Source: Octopus bimaculoides
Taxonomy: Eukaryota
Length of the DNA stretch: 64,000 nucleotides
Assembly (NCBI RefSeq): GCF_001194135.2
Contig: NC_068989.1
Span: 34,245,903 to 34,309,902, forward strand
Direction of reading: 5' to 3'
The notes beneath the pieces are model-generated. The model worked only from the letters and a program-made list of their open reading frames with translations. It did no database searches and was not told the DNA's origin. This document shows, piece after piece, positions 52,990-64,000 of the stretch (its first letter is position 1; each line of letters begins with the position of its first letter). Position numbers and translations under genes: made by a program.

Positions 52990-53984
52990 GTCTATATCAA
53001 TCAATGTATCTTTCCTTTTTAAAGATGGTTGGCTGAGATTTGTTGCCCTTCCATCTAAGAATCATGAAAATGAAACCAAAAGTCAAGTGAAGTGATTATT
53101 TTTACTAAGAACTGAAATCCTGTCCTAAACTCTATTAATCAGAAACATACCTCTTACCTCCAGCACCTTCTACAGTTTATTACAACAGTAATTATAGCAC
53201 TATCCACCCTGTTCACTATTTACTGCAATCACCTTTATTCCCATCTCTAACCATCTGTCACTCTCTTTCACACACTTGCAAACTCACTTACCTATCCAAT
53301 CTTTCCAAACTTCTTACACTCTTGTACCTTGAGGGTACCTCACCATCACCACATCTTTTCTCTCTTTCCAGCTAGGGTAGCTAGCCATGTATCTCATTTA
53401 CAGTAAGATGCCTCATACTGTCTTTCTAACTTATTTTAACCTCTCAATACCAGGCACAACACCACCTCCTTCAAAACTATGTGCGCACACCCCCACACAC
53501 ACACTCAGTTGAGAAGTCTTATCATGTAAATTATTTGGTGACTCAGTAGTGCTAGTGCCATGAAAAATGCACAGAGTACATTTTGTAAAAAGATTTCATA
53601 AAAAAGGAGGACATCCAGCTATAGAAACTATGCCAAAGCAGACATTGGAGCTTGACACAGTCCTCTGGTTCATCGAGTCTCATTGAACATTCAAGCCATA
53701 TTAGTATGATGAAAGACAGATGTTAAATGATGATGATGATAATGATGCACATGTATATATGTAGGCAAAAATACAAACAAATAAAATGAGTAAGATTATA
53801 AGGGAAAGACGAATCAAACAAATAATTCAATAAGCCAAGAAAAATATAGGGATTGTGAGGTCCCTTTAGTCAAGCTGAGAACATGACAACCTCTCTCATG
53901 CTGGTGTCGCAAAAAATACTCTGTAAAATATGAGAACCTTCAATCTTAATGAGGACATGACACCACTCTAATGATGCATCATCA

Positions 53985-54600
53985 TCATTTAACGTCCGCT
54001 TTCCATGCTAGCATGGGTTGGACGATTTGACTGAGGACTGGTGAACCTGATGGCTGCACCAGGCTCCAATCTCATCTGGCAGAGTTTCTACAGCTGGATG
54101 CCCTTCCTAACGCCAACCACTCCGAGAGTGTAGTGGGTGCTTTTACGTGCCACCGGCACAAGGGCCAGTTTTTGCGGTACTGGCAACGGCCACGCACAAA
54201 ATGGTGTTTTTTACGTGCCACCTGCACAGGAGCCAGTCCAGCAGCACTGGCAATGACCTCGCTCGAATGTTTTCTAACGTGTCACTGGCACAAGTGCCAG
54301 TAAGGCAATACTGGTAACGATCACGCTCAAATGGTGCTATTTACGTGCCACTGGCACGGAAGCCAGACAGCTGCTCTGGCAATGATCACGCTCGGACGGT
54401 GCTGTTAGTGCTCCACTGGCACAAGTGCCAGTCATCGAATATGATTCAATTACGATTTCGATTTCGATTTCACTTGCCCCAACAGTTCTTCGCAAGCAGA
54501 GTTTAGTGTCCTATTAAGGAGAGGTTGGCATGGGTGCCAGTCATCGAATTTGGTTCGATTTCGATTTCACTTGCCTCAACAGGTCTTTGGAAGCAGAGTT
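53985..54600 (-). mobile_element. RTE 3'-UTR-derived repeat. Other copies in this orientation are at about 33325-33925, 35960-36660, 56230-56590, 49625-49860, 13285-13510 and 11390-11620
   Basis: catcatcatttaacgtccgctttccatgctagcatgggttggacg.. is the reverse complement of the (GAT)n-tailed RTE 3' end. Confidence 0.85.
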
Positions 54601-55638
54601 TGTGAAAAAAGTACCCAGTACATTCTGTAAAGTGATTCATGTTAGGAAGGTTATTCAGCTGCAGAAACCAAACCATAAATGAAATGTAGGTGATGAGGCC
54701 CCCTAAACCTGTAGGTAAGCAGTATATCCAAATATATGCTGTCTCCAACTGTGATAACCTCCTGATTCTATGCCAACATGGAAAGCAGATGTGAAATGAA
54801 GATGATGATGACATATACAAATATGTGGTTTATTATTTATACAATAGTATAAATTTAGTCTTGTAAGAGCCTAATTTACTAACCAGTTTCATGTTGCAAA
54901 ACATTCCAAACATAGAAATTAAATTAACAATCATCAGATATGACTGAATAGAAGAAAATGGCTTGAGCTTTTTATTACTGGAGGCCTCAACCCACTGCAC
55001 CAAAGACATTTTAAAAAATTGAATGAAACTCACTGATAGAAAGCATACAGTAAAAAAGAAGGCTGGCTCTTACATTAGTCCCTTTTATCCATTGTCCCAC
55101 GTATCAGTATTCAAGTGGTAAATGTCTACCCCAGTTTTATGTATATGTGATTGTGGAATGAAGATGAGATAAGGGTGAAGCAGAGAAGATTAGGAAGAAG
55201 AGAGAAAGTGGACTGAGACAGAGAGGAGATTTCTTTTTAAGGGTATGCATGATTGTGTATATATATATATGGGTGTTTATAAGAGTTGACTGTGGGGAAA
55301 ATATATTCCTTATGTTGAGAGGACTACTAAAGGAAGAAATGTCAACTCTTACAGTTAGTGTAAAACTGACCACCTGGCTAAGAGAACATGAAGAAAATAT
55401 TTCCATTTTAGAGTTCAGATAGGTGCCCTCAGTGGAGGGAATTCTTCAAAATAGTCCTTTTCTCTCATAAACAAAGTCTGCACTTCCTTTCTACACTTGG
55501 GAGATTCTTCAACATGAAACCATTTGGTAATGTGAATTGACTATTGAGATTATTAAGTTTATAATGTTATATAAATAACATATCCACTCTGTAACCTAAT
55601 ACAGAAGTGTCTGTCTTGTATTTTTAACTAATGAAAAC

Positions 55639-55694
<56 letters not shown>

Positions 55695-56700
55695 CAGACA
55701 TGCATAAATATAGTTATCCACTGAGTTTTCATAATAAATATAATGGTACAGTCTTCTGCCTAGCCAGCTCCTGTCAAACCATCCAACCCATGTCAGCATG
55801 GAAAGTGGACATTAAATGATGATGATATACAAACACAGAGGAGAGAGAGAGAGAGAGAAAGAACAGAGAAAGAGGGAGGAAAGAGAGAAAATACAAGTAT
55901 AATAGTTATAATACAAAACAGTAAAAAGCAGTTTGTATAGTATCATAGGAATTAATGAATTCAATGATCTGGAAACGATATGCCCAGACATGAATTTTTG
56001 TATCTATATACAGTGTGGGGGAGGATACAACTAGCAATAGGAATAATAAAGATGATTGTGGAGGTGGAAGGTGGAACATCAATAAATTCAGCATCTCTAT
56101 CATTCTCTATTTCCTTATGATTTATGATGATCATCATCATTAGCATCATCATCTATCAACTTCTCACTCAAATGCATTGGTGTCAAAGTGGAAAAATTAC
56201 TCAGTCCATATAAACACACACACACACACACATACATACATAAATATATATCATCATCATTTAATGTCCGCGTTCCATGCTGGCATGGGCTAGACAGTTT
56301 GACTGGAACTGGTAAGCCGGAGGGCTACACCAGGTTCCAGTGTGATTTGGCATAGTTCCTGCAGCTGGATGCCCTTCCTAACACCAACTACTCTGAGAGT
56401 GTAATGGGTGCTTTTTACGTGCTGCTGGCACAGATGCTATTTACATGACACCAGCAACAGCCATGACTACAATTCCATGGGTGCCATTTACATGACACTG
56501 GCAACAGCCACAAATATCATTTCACTTGGCTTGACAAATCTTCTCAAGCACAGCATATCACAAAAGGTCTCGGTCATTTGTCATTACCTCCGTTATTTAC
56601 ACTAATGTTTGTTTTTATGTCAAGTTATACATAGAAACAATTTAACATTAAACTGAAGGATTACTTAATACTATTTAGTAGAGTATATATTTATAAGCCT

Positions 56701-56814
56701 TTACAGGGAAAAGGTTGACAGCAACTTTGAAGTTTGGCTTGCTCATCTTCATCAGAATGTCTGATGAAGATGAGCAAGCTGAAACTAAAGTTTCTGTCAA
56801 TCTTTTCCTTGTAA
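56701..56814. repeat. Long imperfect palindrome (about 55-bp arms, 3-nt loop) with HHR-like CTGATGAAG..GAAAC words
   Basis: The central 20 bp (56737-56756 and 56760-56779) are perfect and the loop is ATG. Weaker pairing extends to about 56683-56833. Confidence 0.85.
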
Positions 56815-57199
56815 AAGTTAATAAATAAATAGCTGTAAGTATATAACTGTAAATGTGTAACCCTGCAAAAGACTGGTTTTCCATTCACAGATAATGTTGG
56901 CCTGCCCAACTAACCAGCAGGGTGGCATCATTCAAAAGTTAAAGCAATGTGAGGAAGCATTGTGACCTTGATGAATAACAACATCCAACAGTCTGGTCAA
57001 TACGGTAAGATATATATATATACACACGGAATGTACTGGGTGCCTTTTTTATGGCACCAGTACTAGTGACGTAACCATGTAACTCACAAAACTAAAGAGA
57101 TCCCTTATTTGAGTATTAGCATAGAAGAGAGGGAAGTTGCTTTGTGCTATATATATATTATTCTGAAAGGGTCAGATGGCTGCTTCACAAAATCATGGG

Positions 57200-57735
57200 T
57201 TCAATGATCAGGAAATTTAGCATTTGTTGAACAACTAGATACTCATCAGTGAACCTAAAGGAGATCCATCTATATATATGTATGTCATTATTCAGTTTTA
57301 TTTCAAGATTTCTTACAGTTTCTGTGATGGCTTGAATCTGTAATTTTCAAATCAGCTTTCTCCTTTCTGGTTTTGAGAAGCCTAATTTCTCAAGATTGGT
57401 ATTTAAGCAGTATATTACATATCTGTGCCCCACTAATTACAGGCATAAACCTGAACTTGTAATCTGGATAGAGTAATTGCATATTTCTCAATAGTTCAGT
57501 GAAGGTGTTCTCTTTTTTACTGCTCTTTAGTTTTACGTTAACATCAACTAGGCAGCTGATTTCCACAACTGTACACAGTTTCTTTTCTGTATCCCAAATC
57601 ATTATATCAGGTTTATTGTGTTTACATTTTATTGAGGTTTTCACTGGGACATTCCACCTGTACTCTTTTTTATTATAAGTGGCTGTGGCTTCTACCATAC
57701 TGTGAGTTCTTATTCCTTTGTCCTCAGGGATGTAT
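57200..57735 (-). mobile_element. Restriction-like endonuclease (PD..D/ExK) 3' fragment of an R4/Dong-like non-LTR element
   Basis: HNKPDIMIWDTEKKLCTVVEISCLVDVNVKLKSSKKEN..FMPVISGA, then LGF..LI*KLQIQAI. Confidence 0.75.
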
Positions 57736-57740
57736 ACATA

Positions 57741-58900
57741 TTAGGTCATCCCATAAATAATGCAGTATTCTTTATACTTCTTTTATTTTTCAAAATTAAG
57801 ATAAACAAAGTTCTTTTTTAATCTAAAATATACTCTCCTTCATTTTCTACAATGCTCTTCCATCTATCTGGTAGACCTGCAAGGCACCTCTTCCAAAATT
57901 CACTTGTTCATGATGAAAAATACTCCTCCAGTACTGTTCTGACCTCGTCTACAGAATTCATGTTTTTTCTGTCCAAATTATTTTGAAGACTGTGGAATAA
58001 ATGATAATCAGATGGGGAAATGTTCAGCAAATATGGCATGGGACATCATTTCCTATTCAGACTGTTCCAGCCTTTGGAATGTCATCCTTACTGTATGTGG
58101 CCAAGCATTATCCTGATGGAAGAACACCTTTCATTTTGAAACCAAAGATGGTCATCTTACTTCTAGTGCTGATTTAAGCTGCTGAAGCTCCTCACAGTAG
58201 ATCTCCTTTGTTACTTGGTCTGGGTTTAAAAGTTCAAAGTGGATTAAACCTTTCACATCCCACCAAACAGATGACAACACCTTAAGTGGGTGAAGACCCT
58301 TCTTTAGCCTGGGGTGCTGGTGTTTCTCCTTTCCCTACACACTGTCTTTGGTGCTTGACATTTTTATAGAGAACCCATTTCTCGTCACCAGTCACTATTC
58401 AGTCCAAAAAAAGTTCATTTGTGAGACGTGACAGCAAAGAAGAGCATACATTCACTCTCTGTGTACGATTAGACTCGGAAAGTTTGTGAGGAACCAATTT
58501 GCTGACTTTTCTGATGGCATGCAGGTGTCAATGAATGGTTGAATGACCAAATCCAAGCTTCTCTGCTAGTTCCTCAACAGTTACAAAGGGATTTTGTTCC
58601 ACCATGGTTTGGAGGACATCTTCATCGAGCTCTACAGATCTTCCAGGACAAGGCTTGTCTTCTAGGCTGACAAAAATCTCTAGGCTCAGAATTTCTGGAA
58701 TTACTTCTGACACTGGCTTACGCTTATTGTCCAATCCTCATATACTGCATTAATATTCCTCGCACTTTCCGTTCTGTTGTTGCCTTTATTGAACTCATAA
58801 AGCAAAATATTTGCTGAATATGATCCTTTGTCATTTCCATTATAGCTTTGAAAAAATAACTTAAAATTTAACTACACTCTTCAAAACTTGCACTAAGAAT
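57741..58900 (-). mobile_element. Decayed near-full-length mariner transposon
   Basis: TIR TA-TTAGGTCATCCCATAAATAATGCAGT at 57739. The transposase remnant runs from MEMTKDHI..LYEFNKG (about 58841) through PGRSVELDED, IVTGDEKWV and SDYHLFHSLQN. The second TIR was not seen. Confidence 0.85.
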
Positions 58901-59072
58901 AAGTACAAGGTAAAATTACTACCTAAAGCAAGTTGATGCAGGTAGTTTATCCCATCCCCCTCCAACTTTTAGTTCATACAATTGAAAAACNNNNNNNNNN
59001 NNNNNNNNNNNNNNNNNNNNNNNNNNNNNNNNNNNNNNNNNNNNNNNNNNNNNNNNNNNNNNNNNNNNNNNN

Positions 59073-59281
59073 GCATGTTATAATTGCATACTTTATTCCT
59101 ACATATGTTTCAAAGGATTACAACCTGTGTGATCCATAGGGATCTTTGATATTAAAATTGTAACCTTCTCATCAGGGAAAGCATGGGAATCATCTTAAAC
59201 GTAAGACATTATGACCGATTATCACACAGGTTGTAATCCTTTGAAACATATGTAGGAATAAAGTATGCAATTATAACATGC
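59073..59281. repeat. Perfect 61-bp inverted repeat enclosing the 5' half of the hammerhead
   Basis: 59073-59133 is the exact reverse complement of 59221-59281. The left arm abuts an N gap. Confidence 0.9.
59086..59185 (-). ncRNA. Type I hammerhead ribozyme, intact core
   Basis: CAUGCU-UUCC / CUGAUGA / GAAGGUUACAA...UUGUAAUCCUUU / GAA / ACAUAUGU / A / GGAA-UAA-AGUAUG. Predicted GUA cleavage between 59100 and 59099. Confidence 0.8.
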
Positions 59282-59349
59282 GTTTTCTCCAATCCTTAAA
59301 TTCTTATATATATATATATAGACAGACAGACAGACAGATATAAAAGCAT

Positions 59350-62300
59350 ACACATCTTTATGTATAAAATCTTCTGGGAAAGTAACATAGTTATAAAAAC
59401 TTCTGGGAAGGTAACAGTGATGGAGTAGGGGGTATTGGCATACTCCTTGCAGAGAAATGGGTGGATAAGGTCATAGAGGTTGTCAGGGTATGCGATAGAG
59501 TGCTTAAGCTCAGGCTGATCCTGCAGAATAATATAGCTACAATTATTTCTGCATACGCCCCACAAGCAGGCCTACCAAACGATCAGAAGGACCACTTTTA
59601 TGACACTCTTCTACAGGCTACCTCACAGAGGAGTGGCAATGACCTCATCTTTGCAGCTGGAGATTTTAATGGGCATGTCAGACGACAATCTGGTATCTTT
59701 CATGGTGCTCACAGGGGTCATGGACTTGGTTCCTGAAACAATGAGGGAACTAGGCTACTGGAGTTCTGTGATACATGTAAACCTTTAATCTGCAACACTA
59801 ACTTCAGGAAGCCAAACAGCCACCTGATAACCTATCAATCAGGTGACTCTACTAGCCAGATTGATTCATCCTCACCAGGCAGCGGGATGCAGGGTCGCTC
59901 TTAAATACAAAGAACCTCCCTGGTGAAGAATGTAACCCCCAGCATAGACTAGTTATTAGTGACTTTAGACTCGAGGCCAGAAAGATAGCAAGAAGCAGAC
60001 CAATCCAGAAAAGAAGGATTTAGAGGCTAAAAAAACCTGCTACATGGCCAGAGATTTAGGGACATCCTCATTGAGAAATTTGATGTGAGGGAGGAAGAGC
60101 AACAGACTTCAGACATAGAGGGTAACTGGAAATTCCTATGGGAAACCTTACAGAGTGCCACAGACCAAGTCTGCGGATGGTGCAAAGTCCCTTCCAGACC
60201 TTGAGTAACATGGTGGTGGAATAATACAGGAGACAAGGACATTAGAGCAAAGAAACAGGCCTGAAAAACCTGGAAGAGTGGGGTGGCAGGGAACTGTACC
60301 AGATAGCCAGAAGGGAGGCTGGGTGACAGGTATACATAGCCAAGAGTGAAGCAGAAAAGAAGTTTGCGAATGTTCAGCGACGTGAGGACCAAAGAACTGA
60401 AGTATTTTGGATTGTAAGACAGTGTGTGAGAGAAAATTGTGATGTCACAGGAGAGAAATGTGTCCACATGGATGATGGTGCACTTACTTTTAATGATTCT
60501 GCAAAGAAAGAGACTTAGAGAAGTCATTATGAAAGGCTGCTGAATGTGGAGAATGAATAGGAGGAGGAGAACCTTCCAAATGTTGACCCAGTAGAGGGAC
60601 CAGCTACCCGAATAGATAGCATCTGGGTAGATAAAGCAATTAAGGATAAGAAGTTAGGAAAAGCCCCCAGCCCATCAGGAATCACTGCTGAGTTGCTTAA
60701 AATATCTGGTGGCATGGGTTATGGTCTAGTCACCCTTATTGTAAACCAGATAGTTCATGATGGAGTCATACCCAATGACTGGCATAGCAGCACCGTAGTC
60801 AACCACTACAAAGGTAAAGAGGATGCTTTAGATAGAAATAACTACAGGGGTATCTAACTGTTGGATCAGGAGATGAAGGTTACAGAGAGGGTCATAGCCC
60901 AACTAATTAGGGAGAGAGTCTGCTTAGATGAGATGCAGTTCGGTTTTGTGCCAGGTAGAAGCACCATTGATGCTATATTCCTGGTAAGGCAACTGCAGGA
61001 GAAGTACCTAGCCAAAGATACACCCCTATACATTGCTATTGTTGACTTGGAGAAAGCCTTTGACAGGGTACCCCGCTCCCTTATCTGGTGGGTGATGCAG
61101 AAACTGGGGATTGACGAGTGGTTAATAAGAGCTGTACAGGGATGCCGTAAGTAAGGTATGGGTCAGCAATGAGTATAGTGAAGAATTCTGGGTAGAAGTA
61201 GGGGGTTCACCAAGGATCAGCCCTCAGCCCCCTCTTATTCATCAGAGTCCTCCAGGCAATAACAGAAGAATTCAAGACAGGTTTCCCCTGGGAGCTCCTC
61301 TATGCTGATGACCTTGCTCTCATAGCGGAATTACTACCAGAACTAGAGAAGAAATTTCAGGTGTGGAAGCAAGGCTTAGAATCGAAGGCCCTTAGAGTCA
61401 ATGTTGCAAAAACTAAAGTCCTAGTAAGTAGAAAGGCGAACACATCACAAACAACTTCAGGTAAATGGCCCTGCTTGATCTGTAGAAAAGGTGTAGGTAG
61501 AAACTCCATAAGATGTACCCAGTGTAAGCTATGGACGCATAAGAGGTGCAGCAACATCAAAGGAAGGTAAACCAGGATGATCGCTTTTGTGTGCATCAGA
61601 TGCACAGGGACAATAAACACCACAGATGCCATCACATGTGAGGGGAAGAAACTCAAAGTAGTTGATAGCTTCCGCTATCTAGGTGACCAAGTCTGTAGTG
61701 GGGGTGGATGCTCGGAGAGCATTGCCACTAGAATAAGAATAGCATGGGCAAAGTTCAGAAAGCACTTACCTCTACTGGTGACAAAGGGCCTCTTGCTTAG
61801 AGTGAAAGGTAGATTATATGATGCATGTATGTGAACTTCCATGCTACACGGCAGTGCAATATGGGCCATGACTGCTGAAGACATGCATAGGCTTGAAAGA
61901 AATGAAACTAGTATGATGTGTAATGTCAGTGTGCACACACAACAGAGTGTAAGTGCCCTGAGAGAAATGTTAGACATAAGAAGCATCAGATGTAGTGTGC
62001 AAGAGAGACGACTGTGCTGGTATGATCATGTGCTGCGTATGGATGAGAGGAGCTGTGTGAATAAGTGTCACTCCCTAACAGTGGAAGGAATCTGTGGAAG
62101 AGGGAGACCCAGGAAGACATGGAATGAGGTGGTGAAGTATGACCTTCAAACGTTGGGCCTCACAGAGGCAATGCTGAAAGACAGAGACCTCTGGAGATAT
62201 GCTGTGATTGAGAAGACCCGGCAAGTAAAGTGAGATCACAGCCATAGCCTATACTAGTGTCACATAACAAGCCCATTTAAAAAGATCCTTTGAATCATCA

Positions 62301-62790
62301 GGTGACATGCCATGCTTGAGGAGATCAATTGAGTCAATCAAAATCAAACCAAATGGAAATTGTAGTTGTGGCCAATGCCAGTGCCACCTGACTGGCTCTT
62401 GTGCTGGTGGCACACAATAAGCACCATTCATGCATGGGTCGTTGCCAGTGCCGCCTGACTGGCTCCCTGTGCTGCTGGCACATAAAAAGTACCATCCCAA
62501 CGTGGTCAATACCAGCCCCCACTATGCCCGAACTCGTTCCTGTGCTGATAGCACGTGAAAAACACCATCCGAACGTGACTGATGCTAGTGCCACCAGACT
62601 GGCTCCCATGCAGGTGGCACATAAAATGCACCCACTACACTCTGAGAGTGGTTGGCGTTAGGAAGGGCATCCAGTTGTAGAAGCTATGCTAGATCAGATC
62701 GGAGCCTGGTGAGGTCTCCTTGCTTGCCAGTCCCCAGTTAAACCGTCCAACCCATACCAGCATGGAAAATGAACATTAAACAATGATGAT
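59350..62790 (+). mobile_element. RTE-clade LINE, 5'-truncated and decayed (APE, RT, 3' UTR with (GAT)n tail)
   Basis: IISAYAPQ and GDFNGHV (APE). QFGFVPGRSTIDAIF, DLEKAFDRVP and ctctatgctgatgac (YADD; RT). Cys-rich C-terminus. Many stops and frameshifts. Confidence 0.92.
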
Positions 62791-62835
62791 GATGATCATC
62801 ATCATCATGTAGACATATATATGTGTATGTATGCA

Positions 62836-62895
<60 letters not shown>

Positions 62896-64000
62896 GTATG
62901 CAGTATATGCAAGAGAGAAAATTACATTGGTTGGACATGTGATGCAAATGAAGACAACTGTATAAAGAGGTGCCGATTACTGAGGATGGATGGCACCTGT
63001 GGGAGAGGAAGACTCACTAAGATATGAGATGAAGTGGTGAAGACCGATCAAGGTTTTGAGCCTCACAGAGGAGATGACAATGGACTGAGTTGTCTGGTAA
63101 TATGAGGTTTTTGAGAAAACCTGCCCACTTCAGTGAAATTGAGTTCTAGAAGCACTGTGGGTTCCACTCACATGTAACAGTAATAAAACTTTTTCCACAC
63201 CCTACATCTCTCCTCTTTCTCACATTTTCTCTTTACATGTACTATGCTTATGCTTCTCTCTTGCTCCCCAATCCTGTCCTCACTGCCCCGCTCACTGTAT
63301 CATTGCTATCCTGTTGTCTATCATCCCCTCTATATGGCCAAGTTTTACCAGTTACTGCATACCTTATCCTACACTCCTTGCATTCATGTGAAGTTTACCC
63401 CCTACTCAAGCACCATGGTAATACCTTATTAATATTCTGACCCTGTACCTTGAGGGCATACTCTTCCACTTTGTCACCACTTATCTCTCCCTGGCTCTTC
63501 TCTATCATCCCATTCATATATCTAATCCGTATTCCTTGTGAGCATGCCCCGGCACTTCACCACCATCTCTCTCCTGCTGTCTTGCACTCTCCCTCTTTCT
63601 CTTGCCCTCTTTCACATAAAAAGCACACAGTCCACTCAACAGAGTCGTTGATGTTAGGGAGGGCATCCAGCCATAAAAATCATGCCAAAACAGACAGTAA
63701 AGCATGGTACAGTCTTCTGCCTAGCCAGCTCCTCTCAAACCGTCCAACCCATACCAGCATGGAAAGCGGACGTTAAATGATGATGATGATGAATGTGTGT
63801 AAACACTCACATATATATTGTTTGGCAGTACTCTGTATGCTAAAGAACCTGCCCACACATCTAGTCTCAGCAAAACAGTTATTAAAAAATTGTGTATGTT
63901 ATGTGTGTGTTTATATGTGTTTGTGCATATGTAAGTGTATGTATGTATATAGGTATATATATATCTATATATACCTATATATATATATATATATATATAT

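Noticed and set aside
49446-64000. Search for PKD2 exon 1 (N-terminus, phase-1 donor)
   Set aside because: No convincing candidate was found. The region is explained by repeats, so exon 1 is presumed to lie outside the window or in a gap.

Overview
This is AT-rich, microsatellite- and retroposon-dense animal genomic DNA with N gaps. The repeat landscape suggests an octopus-like mollusc, which is an inference. One host gene spans the window on the minus strand: polycystin-2 (PKD2/TRPP2). I assembled 13 coding exons from 49445 down to 8584 in one continuous frame with GT-AG boundaries. Five of these (114, 163, 182, 134 and 21 nt) are absent from the ORF track. The first coding exon was not found and probably lies beyond 64000. 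The protein keeps the TOP domain, the LGD filter, two canonical EF-hand loops, the acidic cluster and both coiled coils. The introns contain RTE, CR1/L2, REL-type and Penelope-like retroelements, tRNA-derived SINEs, and mariner, hAT and piggyBac-type DNA elements. The most notable unannotated signal is a set of hammerhead ribozyme (HHR) motifs from several unrelated Penelope-type repeat families, mostly in outward-facing inverted pairs. Two have an intact catalytic core on the PKD2 sense strand (32533-32599 and 59086-59185). One degenerate copy is fused to a tRNA-like Pol III head. A partial duplication of an exon start, with mostly synonymous divergence, is also present. All folds were read by eye and none was computed.
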